The notes under the pieces: model-generated
Databases searched by the model: none
What the model saw: only the letters and a program-made list of their open reading frames with translations
Told to the model about the DNA's origin: nothing
Made by a program: the position numbers and the translations under genes
DNA from: Thermoplasmata archaeon
GTDB lineage: Archaea; Thermoplasmatota; Thermoplasmata; Thermoplasmatales; GCA-001856825
Assembly (NCBI GenBank): GCA_021792255.1
Contig: JAJYUZ010000001.1
Span: 320,001-384,000, forward strand
Direction of reading: 5' to 3'
Length of the DNA: 64,000 bases
Shown here: positions 10,504 through 20,290 of the stretch, piece after piece
Layout: each line of letters starts with the position of its first letter
Position numbering within the stretch: position 1 is the first letter of the stretch

Positions 10504-11063
10504 GAAAGACGACTCCGCTAGCAATTTTTGTGATAGTGTTGCTTGCTGCCGGCGGATCATTTGTCTGGTTTGTGGAGCAATCCGGGGGTAGCTCGGCGAC
10601 AACAATAGCTCCCTACAATTCGACGCAGGTCATAGTTCTCTATGCCAACTATCAGGGATGGAACTACAATTCCTCCATTCCGAACCCCACTCTCTATGAA
10701 AAGACTCACGTTCTCCTGGAATTCAAGGTGATAGAACAGGACAATCTACCTCATACTCTTACTATCAATCCTGGTTCCAACGAAAGCGCCTCTAATTACA
10801 TAGTGAGCGTGAATATCCCTGCAGTTACAGGCACTATTGTCTGGGTAAACTGGTCCTTTGCAAATCCGGGGATCTACACATATTGGTGCGAGGTTCATCC
10901 AGAGACAATGGTGGGAAAACTGGTTCTGAATTCCACAACGAGCAATACCACAAATGCGTCCGTCGCATCGCCCCTACCCCCTGAAATAGCTGATATCGTT
11001 GGTTATTCAAGTTCGATACACAGCCCATACGCTCTAAGGGATGCGAATGAAGAAGTTTGGTAA
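10500..11063 (+). CDS. Membrane-anchored blue-copper (cupredoxin) protein
   Basis: N-terminal TM; PHTL and YWCEVHPETM type-1 Cu ligands. Confidence 0.85.
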   Translation: MRKTTPLAIFVIVLLAAGGSFVWFVEQSGGSSATTIAPYNSTQVIVLYANYQGWNYNSSIPNPTLYEKTHVLLEFKVIEQDNLPHTLTINPGSNESASNYIVSVNIPAVTGTIVWVNWSFANPGIYTYWCEVHPETMVGKLVLNSTTSNTTNASVASPLPPEIADIVGYSSSIHSPYALRDANEEVW

Positions 11064-11916
11064 ACTATTTGGTTTGACTAAACCCGGAATCGCAGTTCTC
11101 CTTGACCTGGTAGCCGTCACAACTTTTGTGCTTGGACTCCGGAGTTTGAGCGACCTTTGGAAGATAGTGCCGCTTCTCGTTTCGGGAACACTCGCATCGT
11201 TTTCTTCCTCACTGGCTAACAACTTCATCGATAGAGACATCGACTCAAGAATGCGCAGAACCGAGTGGCGGTCTTCAATAGGAAGCAGAATAGGGTATTT
11301 CGTGTCGATCCCCTTATTACTGGGAATTTCTCTCTCGGTTGCGTACCTGTTTCTCAATTCCACGACTGCATTGTGGATTTTCGGAGGTTTCCTAAGCTAT
11401 TCGTTTCTCTATACCGTGGTCCTAAAGAGACGGACGTCTTGGAACATAGTTATTGGTGGAATTGCTGGTTCATTCCCTGCTCTTGCAGGGTGGTCAGCGG
11501 TAAATTCACCATACTCTTTGGTGTCGATATTTGTCGCATCGATCGTGTTCCTCTGGACACCAACCCACTTTTGGACCCTAGCACTCAAGTACAAGGATGA
11601 TTACAGAGATGCAAATATCCCCATGCTACCGGCAGTCAGAGATGAGAATTTTACTATTAATGCGATTATTGTGAACACCATAATCTTGATCGCGTTCTCA
11701 TTCCTTCCTTTAGCCATAAATATGGGTTTCCCGATACTTTACGACGTGCTGGTGGTCCCGATTTCGGCCTATTTCCTTGTGAGAGTTTTACTGTTGAAAT
11801 TCAAGAAGGGAAGTGCCTTGTTGAAGTCATCGCTTGGGGCTTTTCTCGCGAGCAACTATTATCTTACGGCATTTCTAGTCATCGTGATTGTTGGCACTGC
11901 AATAAGATTGGTGTGA
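11041..11916 (+). CDS. ctaB: Protoheme IX farnesyltransferase (heme o synthase)
   Basis: LTKP, NNFIDRDIDSRMRRT, LKRRT, WTPTHFW, YKDDY motifs. Confidence 0.93.
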   Translation: MRMKKFGKLFGLTKPGIAVLLDLVAVTTFVLGLRSLSDLWKIVPLLVSGTLASFSSSLANNFIDRDIDSRMRRTEWRSSIGSRIGYFVSIPLLLGISLSVAYLFLNSTTALWIFGGFLSYSFLYTVVLKRRTSWNIVIGGIAGSFPALAGWSAVNSPYSLVSIFVASIVFLWTPTHFWTLALKYKDDYRDANIPMLPAVRDENFTINAIIVNTIILIAFSFLPLAINMGFPILYDVLVVPISAYFLVRVLLLKFKKGSALLKSSLGAFLASNYYLTAFLVIVIVGTAIRLV

Positions 11917-11920
11917 GAAG

Positions 11921-13264
11921 ATGCAAAAAAAACTTCTAAACGCTCTGCCATTGGTTGCTATCTACATTTTTTGGAATGCCCCCTTTCTGCTCAAGGGGTT
12001 TACCGTCCAGAGCGGTGTTCTCGGAGAGTTCATCCTCCTCGAGGTGGGGGTGCTTGCTTTTTTCACTGTGGCTGCTCTGTACACCGGTAGATTGGGCAGG
12101 TTGTACTTCGCTCTGTCTCTGTGGTCGATCATTTTCGGAGTGACGTTTGGAAGCGTGAGCGAAGCTAGGTTCAGTCCATTCTTCTTTGTCGCTTTTGTGA
12201 TAGCGATCCGATTCTTCTTATCGAACAGGGAGAAAGGCGATCTGTCTGTCGGTTCAGCATCTGTCGCATTATTTTTCATACTCCTCTTACTCTCGACGAG
12301 TCTAAGATTCGTTCACTTGAACTCTGTTACACCTAGTTCCGGCTATCTCTTTTCCATATACGACAACACATCACATTTGGGCGTTCCAATCACCTACGTT
12401 TATGGACTGGTTTTCGCAATAGGTCAAGTCAGCCTTACCCTGTCTCCCATAACGGCGCTTCTATTCCCTCTGATTGCTTATTTGACTGCAGACAATACTT
12501 TCCTGATAGTCCGTTCATTCAGGTCCATTGGAGGATCTTCTATAACTGCAGCTATCGTAACAGCAATTGCATGCCAGTGTGAGAATACTATAGGACTGAT
12601 ATCTGGTACGGTATCTTCGCTGGCGCTTTCAATTCTCCCCTACTTCATCTTCTTGGCTGCTGGAATGTTGATTCTCACTAATTTTTATCTGCACCGACCA
12701 AGGAAATTGTTGGTCCCCCGGATAAACAGACTTTCTGCCCTTCTATTTTTCATTTTGACGCTCGCAGTAGAATTCGCTATAGTCTATACAGGTGCGATCT
12801 ACAATCTAGCGGTGTTCGGATTCAATTCATTTCTCTCGCTCTTTTCTGGATTTCTGTTGGGTCAGGTCACTGGAGTCAAGTGGAGGATGCCCGTCCATTA
12901 TGTTGCGTTTGCATTTGCGCTGCAGACTGTTCTGTTCATTCCGTCGCTCATAAGGTACGCTCTAGTTTCACCACCATTCTTTGAATTGTACAGCGTTGCT
13001 GGAATGGCGGCGGGATTCATCATCTCTTTATCGTTTAGAAACAGAGACAATCTCTCAAGGATAGGCATATTCGAATTCGTGTTCTCGATGGAGGCTATGA
13101 TCGCATCTGTGTTGTTGTACCTGACACTGTTCTCTGTTTCATTCTTTTCAGGCTATTCAGAGATAGCTGTGATAGACTTCTCGGTTTTCATCCTCTTGGT
13201 CAGTCTCCCGGCAATGTGGTTTTCTAACATTTACCTACTTAGTGTCAGGGCTTTTGGAAGCTAG
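11921..13264 (+). CDS. Multi-pass membrane protein of unknown function with a CQC motif
   Basis: Many hydrophobic helices, AIACQCENT; starts 4 nt after ctaB. Confidence 0.75.
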   Translation: MQKKLLNALPLVAIYIFWNAPFLLKGFTVQSGVLGEFILLEVGVLAFFTVAALYTGRLGRLYFALSLWSIIFGVTFGSVSEARFSPFFFVAFVIAIRFFLSNREKGDLSVGSASVALFFILLLLSTSLRFVHLNSVTPSSGYLFSIYDNTSHLGVPITYVYGLVFAIGQVSLTLSPITALLFPLIAYLTADNTFLIVRSFRSIGGSSITAAIVTAIACQCENTIGLISGTVSSLALSILPYFIFLAAGMLILTNFYLHRPRKLLVPRINRLSALLFFILTLAVEFAIVYTGAIYNLAVFGFNSFLSLFSGFLLGQVTGVKWRMPVHYVAFAFALQTVLFIPSLIRYALVSPPFFELYSVAGMAAGFIISLSFRNRDNLSRIGIFEFVFSMEAMIASVLLYLTLFSVSFFSGYSEIAVIDFSVFILLVSLPAMWFSNIYLLSVRAFGS

Positions 13265-15193
13265 TCCAACCTTTATCACATTTCTAATGTCGTAGAAATG
13301 TATGTTATCGTACGGACAGGCAAGGATGCAAGATCCGGAACCGACGCACTTCGAACTCTTGAAGTATCCGTTCTTTATGAATTGAGCAGGCAGATCCCCC
13401 AGTCCCACTTCGCACGCGGTCACACAATCCTTGGTGGGGCACTTTGCGCATACGTTAGAATCTATCGCCTTGATTCTGAAAAAACCAAGTCTGCTGAAGA
13501 ACCCTACGAAAACTCCAGTTGTGCACCACCCGTATCTCCTGCAGGGGCTCATTCCAACGAAAGGGATTGAGATGAAGAAGAGGTACCACAGCAAATTCCA
13601 AATTAGGTACGAATAAAGGATGGCGGGATCGAAAGGAAGTTTGATGAGTTCTACTGATATTGCAAAGCTAGCAACGGCAGAAGCGAGCATGAACATCCAG
13701 CTACCCCCTGCAATTTTCTTTACAAAAGGCGAATATCTGCTGCCTATGTTCTTTTTGCTTATTTTCGATTTGTAGTTCAACTCGATCATTTCTTGACCGA
13801 GAGTACCGCCGTACATTACTGCAGAAGGGCACAGTGTGCTGCAGTAAGAGCGTCGTCCGAACAGCAGGGCCAGCACGGCGTAGACCGCATACGAGAGGAC
13901 CATCGGTAAAATCAGGTCTCCTCTTACCGGCCCCAGTGCACCAACGTTTGCCCAGAGAGGGATTCTCGACCAACCGGCGACATAACTGGGACCATAGAGA
14001 GTGTAGGTGAAGTAAGCGAGCAGAGCGAAGGAGAGGCTGATCCTCTTTTCTAACCACTTGATCTTCTTCATTCTGAACAATACGAGTGCTCCCATCTCCA
14101 GACCCATCAAAAAGAGAAACACGGGAGAGGCCGCAGTGACCGCAATGAAAGGAATAATGGAGAGGTAAACGTTGCTCACGAGTGCAGGTCTCACTGCCTC
14201 AGTTATGAGATATGATAACGAACTCAAACCAGATCCACGGAGCGTGTACAATCCGGCAAGTATGTCGAGAGGAATGCTCATGATCAATTCAGCGACAAAT
14301 GTTCCAGATAGCAGGAAAAATAACCACATCTTTTTGACGATCCAGCCATCCACTGTCCGCACATCCCTTCCCGTAAATACGAAAAAGAAGTAGAGCCCCA
14401 TTCCAACTAGCACTGATATAGCATAAAATGACCAACTTACCAGATTATCTGAGCCCAGAGAATATGACAAGAAAAAACCTATCGAATTGAGTAGATAGAC
14501 GAAAAGAGATATGTCTATTATTCTCTTCTTTTCAGAAATGATTTTGCTCTTTGAATTGGATGCCTCTTCTAGGAGGATTATCATCCCCGCAACCATGATG
14601 AGCGCATTTGCGGCTAGCAACTCGAGATGAAACGAGGAAAACAAAGCGGGGGAAGCTATATCCATTCCCGCCAGTGCAATCAGAAGATACCTTACCGTCC
14701 CCTTTATTCTGAAGAACAATATGGATGCCACCATTTCGACTTCCATAGGTAGCACAAAATACAGAGAATTGATGGTCTGAGGGATATCAATAAGCGTGTT
14801 GCTACTGAACTTGAAACCCAGGACTATTAGGACAAATACCGTCATCAGGACTTCGTTCAGGACGAAAGTCGCCGGCAAGAAGATCCTGTCGGTCTTCAAC
14901 CCTCCCTTCCATTCCATAGAGTAGAAGAAGAATAGAAGGACCAGGAAAGAGACCATTGGAACCATTATTATGTTTATTGCAACGACAGAATTCAGGAACC
15001 CCTTAGGTTCCACCAGATACCAGCTCAGGCCGACAAACATGCTGGCCATCATCACGAGGATGTAGTACAAAGCGTACTTCATCTTCTTGGATACGTTCAT
15101 TCTGGAGAATGTGAATTCAGCGTACAGAATGAAGAATACCATGAAGGATATTATTCCCAGGGCGATCATTTCTCCAGAAGACACTATTTTCAA
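13235..15193 (-). CDS. Membrane polyferredoxin (NapH/MauN/FoxG-like 4Fe-4S protein)
   Basis: Many TM helices, GRRSYCSTLCP, C-terminal CAKCPTKDCVTAC and CVGSGSCILACP. Confidence 0.82.
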   Translation of the reverse strand: MKIVSSGEMIALGIISFMVFFILYAEFTFSRMNVSKKMKYALYYILVMMASMFVGLSWYLVEPKGFLNSVVAINIIMVPMVSFLVLLFFFYSMEWKGGLKTDRIFLPATFVLNEVLMTVFVLIVLGFKFSSNTLIDIPQTINSLYFVLPMEVEMVASILFFRIKGTVRYLLIALAGMDIASPALFSSFHLELLAANALIMVAGMIILLEEASNSKSKIISEKKRIIDISLFVYLLNSIGFFLSYSLGSDNLVSWSFYAISVLVGMGLYFFFVFTGRDVRTVDGWIVKKMWLFFLLSGTFVAELIMSIPLDILAGLYTLRGSGLSSLSYLITEAVRPALVSNVYLSIIPFIAVTAASPVFLFLMGLEMGALVLFRMKKIKWLEKRISLSFALLAYFTYTLYGPSYVAGWSRIPLWANVGALGPVRGDLILPMVLSYAVYAVLALLFGRRSYCSTLCPSAVMYGGTLGQEMIELNYKSKISKKNIGSRYSPFVKKIAGGSWMFMLASAVASFAISVELIKLPFDPAILYSYLIWNLLWYLFFISIPFVGMSPCRRYGWCTTGVFVGFFSRLGFFRIKAIDSNVCAKCPTKDCVTACEVGLGDLPAQFIKNGYFKSSKCVGSGSCILACPYDNIHFYDIRNVIKVGLASKSPDTK

Positions 15194-15381
15194 GATTTAA
15201 CCTCAATTAAAAAAACTTTCTTAGTCGCCAAGCTATCAAACTTGAGCTGATTTTCCCTATAAAAAGACGAGAAGAGATTTTGTGGCATTGACCACGATCT
15301 TCGCGGAGGGGGAACGACCTCAGAAGGACGTTCTTGGCTTGAACTTCCGGATAACTCGTCTCATATCCTATCAAGGAAATC

Positions 15382-16059
15382 TCAGGTCGGAATCAGAGTT
15401 GAGGCGAGGCCCGGATAGTGTACGAGAATTGGAAAGAGGGACCAGATGATAAAATGCACGGTTGAAGAGAGAAGGCAATTTTTTGTAAATTTTGCCAAAA
15501 GCCCATAGAAAATCCCCATACCGAAAACAGACGATAGCATCAGAAGATTGTACGGGTATGGATAGCCTGCTCCGTTGTCTGCAATCACGTACTTTGAATA
15601 GTATAAGACGTAGACGAGTGCCTGGACGATGAGAGATAGGTAGGGAGAGATCGACCTTAGAAACAACCGCTGAAGCAGATATCTAAAATTAAATTCCTCG
15701 ATGAGGATGGGTGCGATGAGAATACTGGGAAGCACTACCGCCCAACTAGGGTCCGTAATAGAGAAGTAGAATACTGTAATCACGAAACTCAAAAGGAGCA
15801 TCGAGAAAGGGACGATGGAAGACTTAAAATCTAGACTAATTTCAGTCCTGAAAAGATAGACAGAAAGGGGAATGGTGATAATCCCCGTTACAATGTTCAG
15901 GAAGAAGAATATACGACTGTTCATTAAGATAAAGAGAAAGCTAGTCGCGATAAATATCAGAAAAATAGCAACCAAAAAGTACTTCTTATTCAATTCAGTT
16001 CGGTGCTTAATTATCCTTAAAATTAATAAGTTTACTAAAAAGATTAAAATACTTTCCAT
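15382..16059 (-). CDS. CPBP/Abi (CAAX) family intramembrane protease
   Basis: EEFNFR and STVHF motifs in a hydrophobic protein; start uncertain, possibly further downstream. Confidence 0.65.
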   Translation of the reverse strand: MESILIFLVNLLILRIIKHRTELNKKYFLVAIFLIFIATSFLFILMNSRIFFFLNIVTGIITIPLSVYLFRTEISLDFKSSIVPFSMLLLSFVITVFYFSITDPSWAVVLPSILIAPILIEEFNFRYLLQRLFLRSISPYLSLIVQALVYVLYYSKYVIADNGAGYPYPYNLLMLSSVFGMGIFYGLLAKFTKNCLLSSTVHFIIWSLFPILVHYPGLASTLIPT

Positions 16060-16073
16060 CAATTTGACTTTGA

Positions 16074-16799
16074 ATGAATGAGGGGATCGATGAAACAAAG
16101 CGAAATTTTCTCAAGTTAATGGTTACTGCATCTGTCGTTGCCGGTGCCGGTCTATCTCTTGGAGTCGTCGTTAAATCCCTTTCTCCACCGCAGGCAGGGA
16201 TAAACAGTTTCCCAACTCTAAAGCTGGTAGACTCTTCTGGTAATCCAGTGCTAACATCGAGCCTTCCCACGAATGATCCCTCTGCGATGCAATTCAGTTA
16301 TCCTCTCCAGAGCACTCCTAATTTCTTATTGAGTATAGGAGATTCAAATGGAACGCCAGTCAACATTGGCGCAACACAGGTTTCTATACCCGCCACAGGT
16401 GCCACTTACCAGTCATATTCGGGAGTCGGTAAGAATGGATCTGTAGTTGCGTACAGTGCAATTTGCCAGCATCTGGGTTGTATATTTCCAGAACTCAGGT
16501 TTTACCCGGCCGGCGTAGAATCTATTACTCTTGGTGGGAAGACTTACACGGGCGTCCTCCACTGTCTCTGTCACGGGAGCACTTACGATCCTGAGAAGGG
16601 TTGTTCAGTGCTGACCGGACCGACAACCCATCCTCTTCCAATGATCAAGTTGGTCTGGGATTCTTCTACGGACGAGCTGTACGTATCGAACATGGTAGGT
16701 CCTACCATCTACGGAAGGGCATCAGACTTGACCGGAGAGACCCCAATATCCGGTACCACCACAGAGGTGACCAACTTGGGGAATCCATTTACTGCGTGA
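16074..16799 (+). CDS. Rieske 2Fe-2S protein (archaeal SoxL/SoxF-like)
   Basis: Tat-like KRNFLK signal; CQHLGC and CLCHGS boxes. Confidence 0.93.
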   Translation: MNEGIDETKRNFLKLMVTASVVAGAGLSLGVVVKSLSPPQAGINSFPTLKLVDSSGNPVLTSSLPTNDPSAMQFSYPLQSTPNFLLSIGDSNGTPVNIGATQVSIPATGATYQSYSGVGKNGSVVAYSAICQHLGCIFPELRFYPAGVESITLGGKTYTGVLHCLCHGSTYDPEKGCSVLTGPTTHPLPMIKLVWDSSTDELYVSNMVGPTIYGRASDLTGETPISGTTTEVTNLGNPFTA

Positions 16800-16808
16800 G
16801 GAGCAAAG

Positions 16809-18455
16809 ATGTCATCAATAAAAGAGAGAGTGAAAAAAGCCAGAGATTTTGGAACTGGTGCATGGAATTGGTTCATGAACCGGTCTCATCTTGACAGACT
16901 TCCATTAAGAAAGACTCCAGATTACATGCGTCAGTGGGGAGGAAAATGGTACTGGACAGGAGCTCTAATAACTATAGCATTTACTTATGAGGTCCTTACC
17001 GGAGTAATCCTCCTGCTCTATTACAACCCAGCCAGTCCCTATCCTTCTACTCAGTACATCCTGAACTCGGTTCCGTTTGGAAAACTCTTACTCGCAACTC
17101 ACCTTTACGGAGCCTACGCCATGATAGTGCTGGTCTACATCCACATGTTCAGGAACTATTTCGTCGGTGCATACAAGAAACCGAGAGAGCTTCAGTGGAT
17201 CATTGGAGTTCTTTTGCTCGCACTCACGATAGGTGCAGGATACTTTGGCTATTCTCTCAGCGGAGACGTACTTTCCTATGATGCTCAAGACGTCGGCAGA
17301 GGTATCGCGAGTTTAATTCCAGTGCTTGGCCAATGGCTAGTATCAGTCGGTTTTGGAAATGGCACTACAACTAGCCTCTTTACAAAGTTCTTGGGCTATC
17401 ACATCATAATGGTAGGACTGATCGCACTGCTCTTTGGGTATCATTTCTATCTCGCAGAGGCAAACACGATGCTTCCGTCCTCGAAGATCAGCAAGTACAG
17501 GGCGCCTGCTAGCACTCCTGAAACAGAAAACATGAAACCCTGGTACCCCTCCAACCTCCTGTATCTTGTAGAGTTAGGCTTGCTGACAATAGGGTTCATA
17601 GTATTTATTCCTAGCTTTGTCGGGCTTTTCCCCAATACTCCCATACTGATCTCCCCGTTCCCTGGACCATTACCGACGAGTGCAGCCGCTGCTCTGATAC
17701 CGCCATATCCTCCGTGGTTCCTATTGTTCGTGTACAAGGCCGTCGATTTCGGCATGTTTACGAATTATATGGGACCGCTCAATGCCTCAATAGTCTTCGG
17801 CCTGTTACCTCTAATCTACTTCTTGGTAATCCCTTTCTTGGACCGTGGTAACTCACTTCATCCCCTCGATAGGCCAATTACGACGTCACTAGGAATTATC
17901 AGTATCGTTTACCTCATAATACTCAGTGTATGGGGGGCGTTCACTCCGGGCTTGATTATACCCTCCACCCAGGTCGCCTTGGTCCTCTTACCTCCAGCAA
18001 TAATTACGTTTGCAGCAATCTTTGGAATTTCGAAGATGTGGAAGAAGGGGAAGTTAAAGATCGGAAACAAATCCACCACTTCTTCCTTTTTTATTTTCAT
18101 ATCGGGCCTTGTCGTGGCTGTAATTCTTACTGGCTACTCATTCTCCTACTTCGTGGGCCACGCATCCATTTTGTCCCTGGGTAAGCTTGTCTTATCTGGC
18201 GGAGCCATGGGATTCCTCGCCATTGGGACTGCTAAGACTTCTGACCAGTTACCAGATCAGAAGTTCAAAAAGATACCTACAGGAGCCTATGTTGCAATCG
18301 CTCTATTGACCTTTATGTGTTGGGTGCTTCTCGGTCTTTCGTTAAAGCTAGACCCGATCAGCCAAGCAATGACAGTCGGAATGGCACTCGGAACCGTCCT
18401 TATCTTTTCAGGAATAGCACTCGCAATATACAGACGAATAATCTATGGTGAGTGA
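16809..18455 (+). CDS. Cytochrome b of an archaeal Rieske/cytochrome b complex (SoxC/SoxN-like)
   Basis: THLYGA, HMFRNY, YKKPRELQW, GYHI...YHF heme ligands, PPWF motif. Confidence 0.93.
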   Translation: MSSIKERVKKARDFGTGAWNWFMNRSHLDRLPLRKTPDYMRQWGGKWYWTGALITIAFTYEVLTGVILLLYYNPASPYPSTQYILNSVPFGKLLLATHLYGAYAMIVLVYIHMFRNYFVGAYKKPRELQWIIGVLLLALTIGAGYFGYSLSGDVLSYDAQDVGRGIASLIPVLGQWLVSVGFGNGTTTSLFTKFLGYHIIMVGLIALLFGYHFYLAEANTMLPSSKISKYRAPASTPETENMKPWYPSNLLYLVELGLLTIGFIVFIPSFVGLFPNTPILISPFPGPLPTSAAAALIPPYPPWFLLFVYKAVDFGMFTNYMGPLNASIVFGLLPLIYFLVIPFLDRGNSLHPLDRPITTSLGIISIVYLIILSVWGAFTPGLIIPSTQVALVLLPPAIITFAAIFGISKMWKKGKLKIGNKSTTSSFFIFISGLVVAVILTGYSFSYFVGHASILSLGKLVLSGGAMGFLAIGTAKTSDQLPDQKFKKIPTGAYVAIALLTFMCWVLLGLSLKLDPISQAMTVGMALGTVLIFSGIALAIYRRIIYGE

Positions 18456-18538
18456 GAAGAAAGCAAGATTATCTGGTTTTTTATTTTCACATAGACGTAA
18501 TTTCGGAAATCTTTAGTTAGTTTCATCCATGCAGGTAA

Positions 18539-19252
18539 ATGGATTATTTTGCCAGTTTTTTTGGTGGAAAAGTCGGAATCGTATCAGGAGCTGGAATGGG
18601 ACAGGGAAAAGCAGTAGTGAAACTCCTACTAGAAAATGGTGCTAACGTCGTGGCTTTTTCTAGGAGTGGAAACAAACCGGACCTCAACCACAAGAACCTG
18701 AGAGTCATGAAGGGTGATTCTTCAGATCTTGCATCGCTTCAGAACGTACGAGACTTTGTGGAAAAGGAATATGGAACTCTGAACTTTTTGTACAACAATC
18801 ATGGGTTTTTTGCTCCTCACAGCACGAAATTCAGCGGAGACACTGCTACGGAATTCTTCAACCGAAATGTGGTTTCTTCTATCAACACGATCGAAACATT
18901 ACACTCATTGATGAGACAAGGTGGGAGTATTGTAAGCGTTGGCGCTTCGCCTGCCATTTACCACCTAAGCTCGCTCGAATACGCAGTATCGAAGAGAGCA
19001 GTGGAAGAGATGACAAGAAAAATGGCTTCGATCTTAAAGGCGAAGAACATCAGAGTCAACGCCATAATGCCCGGAAGCGTGGATGCTTCCAAGGAGATAG
19101 AGGAGATCTCTCCCTTTGGATTCAAATCACTGGAGGGAAAAAAAGATGTGTCGACCCTTGAGGTCGCATATACTGCCCTATTCCTTCTAAGCGATCTATC
19201 ATACGGAATAAACGGACAATCCATTAATGTCGACGCAGGAATGCGTCTGTAG
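18539..19252 (+). CDS. Short-chain dehydrogenase/reductase
   Basis: GAGMGQG, YAVSK, RVNAIMPG, INGQSINVDAG. Confidence 0.9.
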   Translation: MDYFASFFGGKVGIVSGAGMGQGKAVVKLLLENGANVVAFSRSGNKPDLNHKNLRVMKGDSSDLASLQNVRDFVEKEYGTLNFLYNNHGFFAPHSTKFSGDTATEFFNRNVVSSINTIETLHSLMRQGGSIVSVGASPAIYHLSSLEYAVSKRAVEEMTRKMASILKAKNIRVNAIMPGSVDASKEIEEISPFGFKSLEGKKDVSTLEVAYTALFLLSDLSYGINGQSINVDAGMRL

Positions 19253-19375
19253 GTAGATCTCAAGATATCGATAGGAGAAGCATTCTTTTAAGGAACGTAT
19301 CGAGTCTCTGATGATGATTTTCGTTTCGGATTTTTAAAAACAGTAATTAAATAATTGTATTGACTGAGAGAGAAG

Positions 19376-20290
19376 ATGTCTGAAAATGTCATCAAAGTAT
19401 CTAATCTGGTTAAGAGCTATTCTGATGTACGTGCGGTAGATGGCATTTCCTTCTCGATCGAAAGGGGTGAAGTCTTTAGCATCCTAGGGCCTAATGGCGC
19501 TGGAAAAACCACCACCGTTGAAATACTTGAGGGAGTAAGGAACAGAACATCTGGCGATGTTCAAGTGCTGGGACAGGACCCAGAAAAAAGTAGATCCTTG
19601 GTCTTTAAAGTCGGCATATTACCGCAGGATTTTTCATTCGTCTACAATAGCACTCCAAAGGAGGCCCTTGATTTCTATAAGGGAACTCTAAGGGCATCTA
19701 GCGATCTACACGAGATTCTTGAAATGGTTGAATTGGAAGACAAGTCGTCAACGCCATTCCAAAAACTTTCTGGCGGGCAGAAGCAAAAATTAGGCCTCGC
19801 ACTTTCCCTGGTAAATAATCCAGAAATACTTTTCTTGGATGAACCAACTTCAGGACTGGACCCCCGTGCGAGGCGTAACATTTGGAAAGTCATAAAGGGC
19901 CTGAAAGATGCGGGGAAGAGTATCCTCCTTACGACGCACTATTTGGAAGAAGCAGAACTGCTGGCAGACAGAGTCGCTATAATGAACAAGGGGAAAATAA
20001 TCGACTCGGGTCGACCAATGGAGATAGTCGAAAGGCACCACGAGGACGACAATCTCATCATAAGAGGAGATGGCGAAGTGGAGAGACTTCTGACAGCTGG
20101 TGGATTTCTATTTCATAGAGAGGGTGCCTACTTAAAGATAAATCTCAAGAGTATAAAAGACGCAACCGAGATAATCAATTACCTTTACGAACGAAAGGCA
20201 GCATTTGAAGACTTCACGCTAAAGAGAGAGAGTTTGGAAGACGTGTTCGTGAGAATGATAGGAGCGATCGAAGAAGATGAATCTGAATAG
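19376..20290 (+). CDS. ABC-2 transporter ATP-binding protein
   Basis: GPNGAGKT, LSGGQ, LDEPT, TTH. Confidence 0.93.
   Translation: MSENVIKVSNLVKSYSDVRAVDGISFSIERGEVFSILGPNGAGKTTTVEILEGVRNRTSGDVQVLGQDPEKSRSLVFKVGILPQDFSFVYNSTPKEALDFYKGTLRASSDLHEILEMVELEDKSSTPFQKLSGGQKQKLGLALSLVNNPEILFLDEPTSGLDPRARRNIWKVIKGLKDAGKSILLTTHYLEEAELLADRVAIMNKGKIIDSGRPMEIVERHHEDDNLIIRGDGEVERLLTAGGFLFHREGAYLKINLKSIKDATEIINYLYERKAAFEDFTLKRESLEDVFVRMIGAIEEDESE

Noticed and set aside
19311-19367. ATGATGA...CTGA resembling a C/D box sRNA
   Set aside because: No internal D'/C' boxes; the interior is AT-rich promoter sequence of the ABC gene.
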